The position numbers were made by a program, and so were the translations under genes. Shown here piece after piece: positions 8,889-18,160 of a stretch of DNA of 32,000 nucleotides. Below the pieces are notes generated by a model, which was not told the origin of the DNA, searched no databases, and saw nothing but the letters and a program-made list of their open reading frames with translations. The DNA is from Thermodesulfobacteriales bacterium (lineage in GTDB: Bacteria > Desulfobacterota > Thermodesulfobacteria > Thermodesulfobacteriales > Thermodesulfatatoraceae), in contig JALSKZ010000034.1 of NCBI GenBank assembly GCA_026988575.1, positions 27,067-59,066 on the forward strand, in the 5' to 3' direction. The first letter of the stretch is position 1. Every line of letters begins with the position of its first letter.

Positions 8889-9289
8889 GCCACCCATAAA
8901 CCGTCCTGTTGGGCTACCTTGAGCATGGTGTAGGTAGCTCCTTTTACTTCTACCCCTAATTCATGTTTAGTGGGATCTATCTTCTCTCCGCGTGCAAGTC
9001 CCTTTAGTCTATATCCCTGCAAAATTTGACACGAGAACGTGGCAAATACCAGGTTATACATCCCGGCTACGGCCAAGAGTTTGTTTAGCCAGTCTAAAAA
9101 GAGTTCCTCCAGATCTTCCCCTTGGGCTTCAATCTTTTCCTCCCTCTCTGGGGTTACCTCTTCTAGATTAGAAACCATAAGCGAAAAAAGGGCCTTAGCG
9201 GCGTTTATAAAGGCCTCTTCTAAGGTTTGACCCCAGCCCCTAATCCCTATGTCTGCTCCGTGCTCAAAGGTTTCGTATCCGCCTTGCAT
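8867..9289 (-). CDS. Archease
   Basis: 140 aa. The N-terminus YETFEHGADIGIRGWGQTLEEAFINAAKALFSLM matches the archease signature (FEH.AD.G...G). GGAGGG lies upstream of ATG 9289. Confidence 0.85.
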   Translation of the reverse strand: MQGGYETFEHGADIGIRGWGQTLEEAFINAAKALFSLMVSNLEEVTPEREEKIEAQGEDLEELFLDWLNKLLAVAGMYNLVFATFSCQILQGYRLKGLARGEKIDPTKHELGVEVKGATYTMLKVAQQDGLWVAQCVVDV

Positions 9290-9351
9290 GAGGCCCTCCT
9301 TTTGGTTTTTACGGCATTGACGCCGGCCGTCTATCTACTACACTTGAATAC

Positions 9352-10086
9352 ATGCTTATATCTGAAATTACCATGACTCAATTTAGCCAAGGTCTTGAGC
9401 GCACACGTACTATTATTCTCCCCTTTGGTTCCATAGAAGAACATGGTCATCACTTACCCCTTGGTACAGATACTCTCCAGATGTTTTCCTTGGCCCTGGA
9501 AGCTTCCAAGGTATATCCCCTTTTTGTCTCTCCGCCTATCTATTATGGGTTGTGCCGTAGCACACGGCAACATCCAGGTACTATTACCCTTAGGGGAGAA
9601 ACACTGAAGGCCTTGGCCCTAGATCTACTGTCGTCGTATTACCAGCAGGGGCTACGTCATTTTTTGATCCTTTCCGGGCATGCTGGTGGTACCCATATGG
9701 CCTACTTAACAGATGCTGGTGAGGAATTTATTTACCAATATAAGGAGGCCAAGGTAGCGGTGGCCTCTATCTTAGACCTGTTACGGCAAGCGGCTCTGGA
9801 CATATTAGAAACCCCTGATGATTCCCATGCCGGTGAGTTTGAGACTTCCCTTATGTTGCACTTTTATCCCCATTTGGTCCAAGGAAGCAGTGCACGAGAA
9901 TATCCTTCCTTTCCCCGCCCCATTTTGGTACGCAATAAACGGCGTTTCTGGCCGGGAGGGGTTTGGGGTGACCCTTCCAGGGCTTCGGCCGACAAAGGCC
10001 AGCGCTTTAAAGAACGTTTGGTCAAAGGGATGGTGTCTCTAGCCCAAAGGCTTGAAACTTTTGCGGAGGCAAGTGATGAAATATAA
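9352..10086 (+). CDS. Creatininase-family amidohydrolase
   Basis: The motif ILPFGSIEEHGHHLPLGTDT plus the downstream SGHAGG and HAGEFETS are characteristic of the creatinine amidohydrolase/ArfB/MftE family. Confidence 0.8.
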   Translation: MLISEITMTQFSQGLERTRTIILPFGSIEEHGHHLPLGTDTLQMFSLALEASKVYPLFVSPPIYYGLCRSTRQHPGTITLRGETLKALALDLLSSYYQQGLRHFLILSGHAGGTHMAYLTDAGEEFIYQYKEAKVAVASILDLLRQAALDILETPDDSHAGEFETSLMLHFYPHLVQGSSAREYPSFPRPILVRNKRRFWPGGVWGDPSRASADKGQRFKERLVKGMVSLAQRLETFAEASDEI

Positions 10087-10576
10087 GTACGGAGTTTTGG
10101 TCTTGCTCGGACTTTTGATCTTGTTTTGGGGCCCTGAGGCCAGGGCCAAAAATACTCACGTACCGGACTTGAGTTTTTATACGGCTCAAGGGAAAAAACT
10201 CTCTTTTAAAGAGTTTAAAGGCAAGGTTTTAATCGTAAATTTCTTTGCTACCTATTGTGCCCCTTGTCAGGTAGAACTGATAGAATTAGAAGAGATTTAT
10301 AAAAGATTTCACCCGCAAGGGTTAGAGATAATAAGTTTTATGGTAGACAGAGAGGGGGCCCTACTTTTACCCCATATTATTTCTTCACGAGGCATTACCT
10401 ATTATGTGGCTGTGGCCGATGATAGTATTTTTGCCGCTTTTGGTTGGCCTGATATCTTACCCACCACGTTTTTAGTAGACCACAATGGTAATATTGTGCG
10501 CAAGATAGTAGGCTTTGCCGGGAGAAAGACCTTAGAGAGTGAGTTGCGACCGTTATTGAACGAAACAAAATCTTAG
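10076..10576 (+). CDS. Secreted TlpA/ResA-like thiol:disulfide oxidoreductase
   Basis: Signal peptide MKYKYGVLVLLGLLILFWGPEARA and a thioredoxin-fold CxxC (FFATYCAPCQVE). ATG 10076 has GGAGG 7 nt upstream and overlaps the preceding stop. The track's TTG start at 10052 is less likely. Confidence 0.8.
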   Translation: MKYKYGVLVLLGLLILFWGPEARAKNTHVPDLSFYTAQGKKLSFKEFKGKVLIVNFFATYCAPCQVELIELEEIYKRFHPQGLEIISFMVDREGALLLPHIISSRGITYYVAVADDSIFAAFGWPDILPTTFLVDHNGNIVRKIVGFAGRKTLESELRPLLNETKS

Positions 10577-11613
10577 GGAGTCACCTTGATCAGGGGAGTT
10601 TTCTGCTCTGTAACTTTACCTATAATGGCGGCTTCGTATACCCCCTGTTGGAGGAGTTCTTCCCATAATTTTTCTGCCTTACTCTCTTCCACCGCGATTA
10701 AAAGGCCGCCAGAAGTTTGGGCATCGTAAAGGAGTTCTATTAAAGCCGGGTCTAGGCCGGGATCTATTTCCACTACTTGGGCACAAAATTTTTTGTTTTC
10801 TAGGTCTCCTGCGGGTATGAGCCCCAGCCGGACATATTCTAAGGCTTCGGGGATGATAGGGACCTTGTGTGCTTCTATATGTATACTTACCCGGCTGGCC
10901 CGGGCCATTTCCACGCTGTGTCCTAATAGGCCAAAACCCGTGATGTCGGTAGCGGCGTGAACACCAATTTTTTTCATGGCCTCACTGGCGGGCTTGTTTA
11001 AGGCAGCCATGATCTCGATGGCCTTTTTTTGGACGGCTTCGGAGGCCATAGCCCCTTTTACAGCCGTGGCAATGATCCCTGTGCCCAGGGGTTTGGTGAG
11101 AATTAAGCAATCCCCTGGTTGGGCCCCCTTGTTTTGGATTAGCTTTTCGGGGTGGACAAGTCCTACCACGGAGAGACCATACTTGATCTCTGTGTCTTCA
11201 AGGCTGTGCCCACCTACCAAAAGGGCTCCGGCCTCAAAGACCTTTTCGTAACCTCCCTGTAAAATCTTTTTGAGTACCGCACGGTCCATTTCTTTACGGG
11301 GAAAACACACGATATTTAAGGCCAGCAAGGGCTCAGCTCCCATAACGTAGATGTCTGAAAGGGCGTTGGCCGCGGCTATTTGGCCAAAATAGTAAGGGTC
11401 ATCTACAATGGGGGTGAAAAAATCCAAGGTACAGACCAGGGCCTTGTTTTCGTCTATACGATATACGGCGGCATCCGCAGCCTCTTCAAAGCCGACTAAG
11501 AGGTTGGGATCTTCTATGCGGGGTAAATCCTTCAATATTTCAGCCAGCTCCGCTGGGGGAAGTTTGGCTGCTCACCCCGCTGCTTTTACCGTTTTGGTAA
11601 GCTTTATATCCAT
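10573..11613 (-). CDS. selD: Selenide, water dikinase (selenophosphate synthetase) with in-frame UGA selenocysteine at codon 14
   Basis: The track ORF (10573..11535) lacks the catalytic N-terminus. Extending upstream in frame gives ATG 11613: [35 protein letters not shown]..., with TGA at 11574..11572. This aligns with E. coli SelD HGAGC(17)GCK(20)ISPKVLETIL, including conserved Lys, Pro, Leu and IL. Confidence 0.85.
11541..11570 (-). promoter_or_regulatory. SECIS-like hairpin immediately 3' of the selD UGA
   Basis: Minus-strand RNA is UGA-G-CAGCCA-AA-CUUC-CCCCAGC-GGAG-C-UGGCUG. It forms a 6-bp lower stem (CAGCCA/UGGCUG), an internal loop and a 4-bp upper stem with one G-U pair. Folded by eye only. 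Confidence 0.5.
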
Positions 11614-11787
11614 GATTTCCTAAAATTAAAATTTGTTTGGGCCTTGTCGATAAGGCATATATAGTTTAAACCTTGATTGAATTTTTTTAAAAATTAAAAA
11701 ATAACCCTTAGATTTTCCAAGTGTGCTAATATTTTCGTTAAAAAGTTCTTTAAATTAAAAATATTTTTACCGCAATAAGTAGAAAAG

Positions 11788-14154
11788 ATGAAAAATAACG
11801 TACACCTATCCCCCATTTCCACAAGAGAGACAAGGATTCTACAGGCAGTTAACCGTCTTTTTTCTTCCCAGTATCACTTACCCTTAACGGTGTTTCTCCA
11901 AGAAGTAGGTAAGATACTTCCTTTAGAAAGAGCTGCTGTTTATTCTAATCGGCTTGATTTTCGTTGGCAACTTGTGGCCTCCAAGGTAGCCAGTTGGAGC
12001 AAACAGCAAGAAAAGATTTATTTGCCCGATACCATTGAATACCAGGAGATATGGCCTGGACTAGAAACCAAGCTTTCTACTGGTCAAGAAGTATCTCTCT
12101 CGCAGGCCGAGATAGAAAGTTTGGGCTATTTTGAACAAACCAAACGATATGTATACGTCTTCCCCTTGTTAGAGGGGAAATGGTGGACAGGGGTGTTGTT
12201 GCTTGATTTTGGGACAGAAAAACCCAAAGAATTAGACTTATCCCTGGCCAAAGAGTTTGCTGATTCTCTATCCATAGCTATTAAGCGTCAAAAGCGAGAG
12301 TCAGAATATTTAGATACTACTAGGATATTTCAAGAACTTTTAAACAATATTCCTGATCTAGTAATCCTAGTAGATGCCAAGGGACATTGGTTGTTAGCTA
12401 ATAAACGCGCTTTGAAGATTTTGGGTTTTAGGCGTCATGTATATCAGGGGCTTTCTTTCGAGGAGATCACTAAACTTCGGCCAGAATTTGCCCCTTTACT
12501 GGAGCGCTTAAGCCAGGTCTTTAAGAGAATAGAAAAGAGAGGAGAACCTCTTCAAGAGACTATCAAAATTACGGATAAAGAGAAAAAGGTTTGGTTTGAT
12601 TTTCTCTTCATTCCCTTTAAGTGCGATGAAGAAAATAGAGTTCTTATCATAGGTCATGAGATAACATCCGTTAAATTGGCTCAAGAAAGACTTTTGTCTA
12701 TATTAGAACACCTTCCCGCTATGGTGTATATAGTACATCCATCTTCTAAGCGTATTCTTTATCACAACTCTCTTTTTAAAGATTATTTTGGTGATCAGCT
12801 CTTGGGTAAGGCTCCTTGTCATCAACTGTTGTTTGGATATGATCATGTGTGTGGCTTTTGTCATATAGAAAAGAGTTCTAAAGATTTTAAAACTTCCTAT
12901 GAAATTTACGATAATAAACATAAAACCTGGTTACGTATATATGAAGTGTATATACCTTGGTTAGATAAAGAGATAGTACGGTTGGGAATGATTCAAGATG
13001 TTACTAATGAAAAACAGCAAGAGGAAAGACTTATTCGTTCGCAGAAATTAGAGATATTAGGAAAACTTACCGGGAATATTGCTCATGAATTTAATAATAT
13101 TTTAGCTATTATAAATGGATATGCAGATATTATTTTTTACCGGACAAATAAAGAAAAGACTAAGAATTATGTAGCTAAGATACAACAAGCCGTATCAACA
13201 GGAACAAACCTTATAAAGCAACTCCTTATGCTTTCTCGTAGCAGTGTATCCGAAAAGAAAATTGATGATTTAAATAAAGTGATTGATGAACAAGTAGAAG
13301 TATTAAAGAAAATCGTAGGGGAACAGATCAAAATAGAGGTTGATCTATGCCCCGACCCACTGCCGGTCAATATATCTTTTGAAGGCTTTCAGCATATTTT
13401 GACCAATCTGATTATAAACGCCCGCGATGCTATGCCCCCTGAAGGAGGGGTAATTACTATTAAAACAGAGCGTGTAGGCCGGGAAGAACAAGAAGGAGCC
13501 CTTTTGGAAATAAGGGATACAGGGCGAGGAATCCCTTCGGAGAGTCTTGCCCAAATCTTTGATCCCTTTTACACTACCAAAGCTCCTGGGGAGGGTGCTG
13601 GTCTTGGATTGACTATTATCCTGTCCTTGGTAAGAAAGGCAGGAGGTGATATACAGGTAGAGAGTCGTCTGGGAGAGGGAACAACCTTTAAAATATGGTT
13701 ACCCTTTTATGCATCTGTTCCAGAGGGCAGGGCCAAAGATCGGCCTATCTCTGATATAGAGGGCCAAGAGGTGTCGTCGAAAAAGATTTTAATAGTAGAG
13801 GATGAGCCACATATTAGGGAGATGCTGGCTGAAATGTTAGAAGGCCAGGGCTTTGTGGTTAATGTGGCGGAAAACGGCGAGGAAGCCCTAAAATGGCTTA
13901 AAGACCACAACTATGAGGTAGATCTTGTGATTACCGACGTGGTCATGCCCAAAATGGACGGTGTGGAACTATACCGTTTGGTCCAAAAAGAGGCCCCTCA
14001 CGTAAAAATACTTTTTATCTCAGGTTATGCCCATCACGTACTGGAAAAATATGGTTTTGAAGAAGGACATTTTCATATTTTAAAAAAGCCCTTTACCTTT
14101 AAGCAGCTTTTAGACGAGATAGACAAGGCCTTTAGCGGGCCTTCTTTTTCGTAA
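11788..14154 (+). CDS. Hybrid sensor histidine kinase / response regulator with PAS-type sensory domains
   Basis: 788 aa. H-box GNIAHEFNNILAII, HATPase N/G boxes (LIINARDAM, DTGRGI, GAGLGL) and a C-terminal receiver (ILIVEDEPHIREML...DLVITDVVMPKMDG). No obvious N-terminal TM segment. Confidence 0.85.
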   Translation: MKNNVHLSPISTRETRILQAVNRLFSSQYHLPLTVFLQEVGKILPLERAAVYSNRLDFRWQLVASKVASWSKQQEKIYLPDTIEYQEIWPGLETKLSTGQEVSLSQAEIESLGYFEQTKRYVYVFPLLEGKWWTGVLLLDFGTEKPKELDLSLAKEFADSLSIAIKRQKRESEYLDTTRIFQELLNNIPDLVILVDAKGHWLLANKRALKILGFRRHVYQGLSFEEITKLRPEFAPLLERLSQVFKRIEKRGEPLQETIKITDKEKKVWFDFLFIPFKCDEENRVLIIGHEITSVKLAQERLLSILEHLPAMVYIVHPSSKRILYHNSLFKDYFGDQLLGKAPCHQLLFGYDHVCGFCHIEKSSKDFKTSYEIYDNKHKTWLRIYEVYIPWLDKEIVRLGMIQDVTNEKQQEERLIRSQKLEILGKLTGNIAHEFNNILAIINGYADIIFYRTNKEKTKNYVAKIQQAVSTGTNLIKQLLMLSRSSVSEKKIDDLNKVIDEQVEVLKKIVGEQIKIEVDLCPDPLPVNISFEGFQHILTNLIINARDAMPPEGGVITIKTERVGREEQEGALLEIRDTGRGIPSESLAQIFDPFYTTKAPGEGAGLGLTIILSLVRKAGGDIQVESRLGEGTTFKIWLPFYASVPEGRAKDRPISDIEGQEVSSKKILIVEDEPHIREMLAEMLEGQGFVVNVAENGEEALKWLKDHNYEVDLVITDVVMPKMDGVELYRLVQKEAPHVKILFISGYAHHVLEKYGFEEGHFHILKKPFTFKQLLDEIDKAFSGPSFS

Positions 14155-14500
14155 CTACCAACTCGGTACGACTCACGTAAGCCCCCTTTTGGGGTTTACG
14201 TTGGGCGAGGGCATCGGAAAGACGTGAGAGGCGTTCTGTTTTTAGATGTTCTTGGGCCTTTTTTAGGAATCTTTGGGCTTCCTTTACTTTCCCGTCTAAA
14301 AGATAGTCGCGTGCGCGTTTCAAAACTGCTTTTTCCCTTTCTTGACGTCGTCCACAGGCGTCTTGAAAACCAAAAATAGAGGGTAATTTAAACACCTGTG
14401 TACTATTACATTTGGGACAAGGGGGCCACGGGTCATCTACCTTTTGCAGGCGCTCAAATATGTAACCGCATGTTTCACACCTGAACTCGTAGATAGGCAT
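14132..14500 (-). CDS. FmdB-family zinc-ribbon protein (CxxC-CxxC) with a basic helical tail
   Basis: MPIYEFRCETCGYIFERLQKVDDPWPPCPKCNS matches the TIGR02605 pattern (MP.YEY.C..CG..FE...C P.C). ATG 14500 is preceded by AGGAGG. The track's 215-aa version extends through the promoter region without support. Confidence 0.8.
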   Translation of the reverse strand: MPIYEFRCETCGYIFERLQKVDDPWPPCPKCNSTQVFKLPSIFGFQDACGRRQEREKAVLKRARDYLLDGKVKEAQRFLKKAQEHLKTERLSRLSDALAQRKPQKGAYVSRTELVVTKKKAR

Positions 14501-14707
14501 AAGGCCTCCTTGAAGGCTTTTTTGTCTACGGTCTAAACTAAGCTCTCTAAGATTTGCTTTAAAAATTCGCTTATTTTTTACTACTTGGCAAGCAGGTAAT
14601 TTTTTAGGGGGCTTATCGGTAAGGATAAAGTTTTTGGTCTTTGCGGCCAATAGGGGCCAAAAATTTGGTATGCTATGACCGCAATTAAAAGAGACAAGGG
14701 GGGCTAA

Positions 14708-17700
14708 ATGGCTCTTTTTTATGTGGCCCACGGCTGTCCTAATTGTGCGGGCGAAGAAGAGGATCAACGTTTGGTGCAAGGCCTGCCTTGTGCACGCTGT
14801 CTTCCTGAAGGAGAAGGCGAGGTGTGCAAGGTTTTAGCCCGTTTAGGGACTTTGAAGAATTTGGCCCCCTACTGTAGGGTCCAAGAATGCCTCCACCAGG
14901 CCGAAGGGCTTTTTAAGAAGGCCTTGGGCTTTTTACCTACCCCTTTACAACGTAGCTGGCTCAAACGCTTTTTCTTTCGGGAGTCCTTTGCCATTGTGGC
15001 CCCCACAGGAACAGGAAAGACCACTTTTGGGTTGATGGCTACCCTTTTAAACGAAGGAAGGGTCTTAATTTTGGTCCCTACCAAGCTCCTAGTGAGGCAA
15101 TTAGAAGAGCGGCTTCAAGACCTTGTCTCTCGTGCTGGGCTTTCGCGCGAAATACTGGCCTATCAGGGGCGCAAGGAAGATAAAAAACTCTGGGAGGCCA
15201 AGACATTTGATATCCTTGTGGTTACCACGGCCTTTTTTTACAGACACCACCAAGAGTTGGCTTCTCTGGACTTTAAGCTTGTTTTTGTAGACGATATTGA
15301 TTCTTTTCTCAAACGTTCTTCTCAGGTCGACCGTTTATTCCTCCTCCTAGGGTTTTCTCAAGAAGAGGTCCAGTTGGCTCTAAAACCCTCAAAGAAAGAG
15401 GAAGATTTTTGGCGTCTGGAGGAGATTCGCAAGCGGCACCAGGGCGAAAGGGTGCTCTTGCTTTCCTCGGCTACCCTTAAGCCGCGAACAAATCGCGTAC
15501 TGTTGTTCCGATATTTATTGGGCTTTGAGGTCCACAGGGCGGTCTCCACCATGCGAAATGTGATAGATGCCACTACACCAGAATTGCCTTGGGATACCCT
15601 CTTAGAAGAGGCGGGGCGACTAATTGATGAGCTGGGGCCAGGGGGTTTGGTTTTTGTGTCTTCGGTCTACGGACGCGAAGCCGTAGAAACTACCACAGCC
15701 TATCTAAGATCACGCGGGTTAAGAGTGCTCAGTTATCTGGAGTGTACCCCCACAGAGCTCATGACAGAGATGGAAAAGGGGCAATTCCACGTGGCGGTGG
15801 GGTTAGCCCATTCCACTAATCCCTTGGTACGCGGCATAGACCTGCCCTTTATCTTACGTTATGCCCTATTCTTAGGGGTGCCGCGCCATGTTATCCCCGT
15901 ACGTGTTTCCCTGGCTCCTGCCAAATTGAGCCAGATTTTGGCGGCCATCGTGCCCGTCTTGCCGGAAGAAGAGCGTCAGGAGGCCTTAATCCACCTGCAA
16001 TATTTGAAACGTTATCTTAATTTGAGAGAAGAGGCCTTAGATCGTTACCCGCGCCTGAAGGACCGCTTAGAAAAAATAAGGACCTTTATAGAAGAAAAGT
16101 TTGCTGATCCCGAATTTCTACAACGGATAGAAGGTTCTAAAGACCTTGCCTTAGAGCATAATCCTCAGGGCCTATTTTTGGTCTTGGGCGATACTACCAC
16201 CTACTTACAGGCCTCTGGAAGAGTCTCTAGGCTTACCATGTACGGCCTTCTCCCTGGGCTGTCCATTGTCCTTAACGATCATGCCAAGTCTTTGCATAGC
16301 TTAGAGAGACGCCTACGCTTTATGTTAGGAGAAGAATTTTCCTTTCGGTCTCTTCAAGAATTAGATATCAAGGCTATATCGCAGGAGTTAACCGCCGCGC
16401 GTAAGGGGCGGCAAGGGTTAGCTGAAAAGGAATTTTTCAAGACCTCCTTAGTGGTAGTTGAATCACCGCATAAGGCCAAGACCATTGCTTCTTTTTGGGG
16501 AAGGCCCACCAGTAGAAGAGTAGGGGACTGTGTGGTCTACGAGATCCCTGGGGAAGACCGTCTCTTGCTGGTAACGGCCTCTTTAGGCCATGTATTCAAT
16601 CTATCGCGGCAGAAGGGTTTTTTTGGTGTATACGACACCCCCAAGGGGCTCATTCCCCTATTTGATACCATCAAAGTATGTGTGCCTACTGGTGAGCAGT
16701 TGGTGGATATCGAGGAGGTCCAACGGAGATGTCCGCAAGGCCCTGTGCGGGACAAACAGAGTCTCTTGGACGGTTTGCGAAGGTTAGCCTTTGAGACAGA
16801 CGAAATCTTTATTGGGAGCGATCCTGATGCCGAAGGAGAAAAGATAGCTTATGATCTCTTGGTTTCTTTGCGTCCTTTTAATAGAAAGATAAGCCGTTTA
16901 GAATTTCACGAGGTGACTCCCAGGGCCTTTAAAGAGGCCTTAAGGGTGCCGCAAGATTTTAATCTGGATAGGGTAAAGGCCCAGTTGACCCGTCGGGTGG
17001 TAGATCGTTGGGTGGGGTTTGTCCTTTCACGGAGACTTTGGGCGGCTTTTGGACGACGGAGACTATCTGCGGGCCGGGTGCAAAGTCCGGTCTTGGGGTG
17101 GGTAATAGCCAGGGCCGAAGAAGCACGCCAAAAAAAGGCCCTCTTGACTTTTAAGTTGGGCAGTCAGACTTTTAGACTCCCTTTGGAAGAGGTGGCCCTG
17201 GCCCAAAAATTAAAAAATGAATGGGCGCGTCTGGCCTGGAAATACGTTTCCAGGCGCGAAGAAGAGCGTTTTCCGCTTCCTCCCTACACCACCGATACCA
17301 TCCTTCAGGATGCCCACCGTATTTTGGGGCTTTCTACCAGGCAAACCATGAGTTTGCTCCAAGAGCTGTTTGAGTCTGGTCTTATCACTTATCACCGGAC
17401 AGATTCGTCAAGGGTGTCGGAAGCTGGTCGGTATCAAGTGGCTAAGCCTTATATTGTAGAGCATTTTGGGGAAGATTTTTTTCAGCCCAGAGGTTGGGGG
17501 GAGGGGGGTGCCCACGAGGCCATAAGACCCACCAGACCTCGGTCCAGACAAGACCTAGAAGGACTGCTAGCCGCTGGATTGTTCTCCCTCACCAATGAAC
17601 GCCAAGCTTTGCGGCTCTACGATTTGGTCTTTCGGCGTTTTATGGCCAGCCAAATGCGCCCCTGTCGAGTAGAGGTCTCCACGGTCCTTTTTAGTTTACC

Positions 17701-18160
17701 TTCCTATCACTGGCAAGAAGACCTAGTTACAAGGGTCTTAGAACACGGGTTTGATTTGCTTTGGACCACTTTTTCCGTGGTAAAGATAACCCCAGGAGAT
17801 ACCCCTCAAGAAGTTTCTCTGCGTCTGGTGCCTAAAGTAGAATTGTTTACCGAGGGGAGTCTCGTTCAGGAAATGAAAAATAAGGGTCTGGGTCGTCCTT
17901 CTACTTACGCCGAAATTGTTTCTACCCTGATTGAGCGGGGCTATGTGCGTGTGTTGAAGGGAGGGCGTCTCTATCCTACTAAATTGGGCCAAAAGGTATA
18001 TGAGTATTTGCGCAAACACTTTCCTAAACAGGTAGATGAAGCACTTACTCGGGCCCTGGAGGAGGCCATGGACGAAATCGAGGCGGGAAAGCTTGATTAC
18101 CAAGAAGTCCTTCGCCGTACCCACAGACAGATGCAGGCCATACTGGACACCCCTACTTAG
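14708..18160 (+). CDS. rgy: Reverse gyrase
   Basis: 1150 aa. N-terminal zinc finger (CPNCAG...CARC), helicase-like Walker A APTGTGKTT and VDDID box, then topoisomerase IA Toprim (VVESPHKAKTI, DPDAEGE) and the active-site Tyr motif ITYHRTDS. Confidence 0.95.
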   Translation: MALFYVAHGCPNCAGEEEDQRLVQGLPCARCLPEGEGEVCKVLARLGTLKNLAPYCRVQECLHQAEGLFKKALGFLPTPLQRSWLKRFFFRESFAIVAPTGTGKTTFGLMATLLNEGRVLILVPTKLLVRQLEERLQDLVSRAGLSREILAYQGRKEDKKLWEAKTFDILVVTTAFFYRHHQELASLDFKLVFVDDIDSFLKRSSQVDRLFLLLGFSQEEVQLALKPSKKEEDFWRLEEIRKRHQGERVLLLSSATLKPRTNRVLLFRYLLGFEVHRAVSTMRNVIDATTPELPWDTLLEEAGRLIDELGPGGLVFVSSVYGREAVETTTAYLRSRGLRVLSYLECTPTELMTEMEKGQFHVAVGLAHSTNPLVRGIDLPFILRYALFLGVPRHVIPVRVSLAPAKLSQILAAIVPVLPEEERQEALIHLQYLKRYLNLREEALDRYPRLKDRLEKIRTFIEEKFADPEFLQRIEGSKDLALEHNPQGLFLVLGDTTTYLQASGRVSRLTMYGLLPGLSIVLNDHAKSLHSLERRLRFMLGEEFSFRSLQELDIKAISQELTAARKGRQGLAEKEFFKTSLVVVESPHKAKTIASFWGRPTSRRVGDCVVYEIPGEDRLLLVTASLGHVFNLSRQKGFFGVYDTPKGLIPLFDTIKVCVPTGEQLVDIEEVQRRCPQGPVRDKQSLLDGLRRLAFETDEIFIGSDPDAEGEKIAYDLLVSLRPFNRKISRLEFHEVTPRAFKEALRVPQDFNLDRVKAQLTRRVVDRWVGFVLSRRLWAAFGRRRLSAGRVQSPVLGWVIARAEEARQKKALLTFKLGSQTFRLPLEEVALAQKLKNEWARLAWKYVSRREEERFPLPPYTTDTILQDAHRILGLSTRQTMSLLQELFESGLITYHRTDSSRVSEAGRYQVAKPYIVEHFGEDFFQPRGWGEGGAHEAIRPTRPRSRQDLEGLLAAGLFSLTNERQALRLYDLVFRRFMASQMRPCRVEVSTVLFSLPSYHWQEDLVTRVLEHGFDLLWTTFSVVKITPGDTPQEVSLRLVPKVELFTEGSLVQEMKNKGLGRPSTYAEIVSTLIERGYVRVLKGGRLYPTKLGQKVYEYLRKHFPKQVDEALTRALEEAMDEIEAGKLDYQEVLRRTHRQMQAILDTPT

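Noticed and set aside
11614-11787. Three copies of AAATTAAAA (11623, 11691, 11752), and likewise three ATTTTGAA at 24463, 24485 and 24497
   Set aside because: Both lie in very AT-rich promoter spacers, where such short A/T words recur by chance. I cannot separate them from low complexity without genome-wide statistics.
12850-12864. CxxCH in the histidine kinase as a covalent c-type haem site
   Set aside because: The protein has no signal peptide or TM segment, so cytochrome c maturation is implausible. It is kept only as a candidate metal/redox site (see findings).
14501-14779. Long version (215 aa) of the minus-strand ORF 14132..14779, overlapping the reverse gyrase start
   Set aside because: The FmdB-family signature begins exactly at the internal MPIYEFRC, which has a perfect AGGAGG upstream. 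The upstream 93 codons cross the divergent promoter region and the rgy start.
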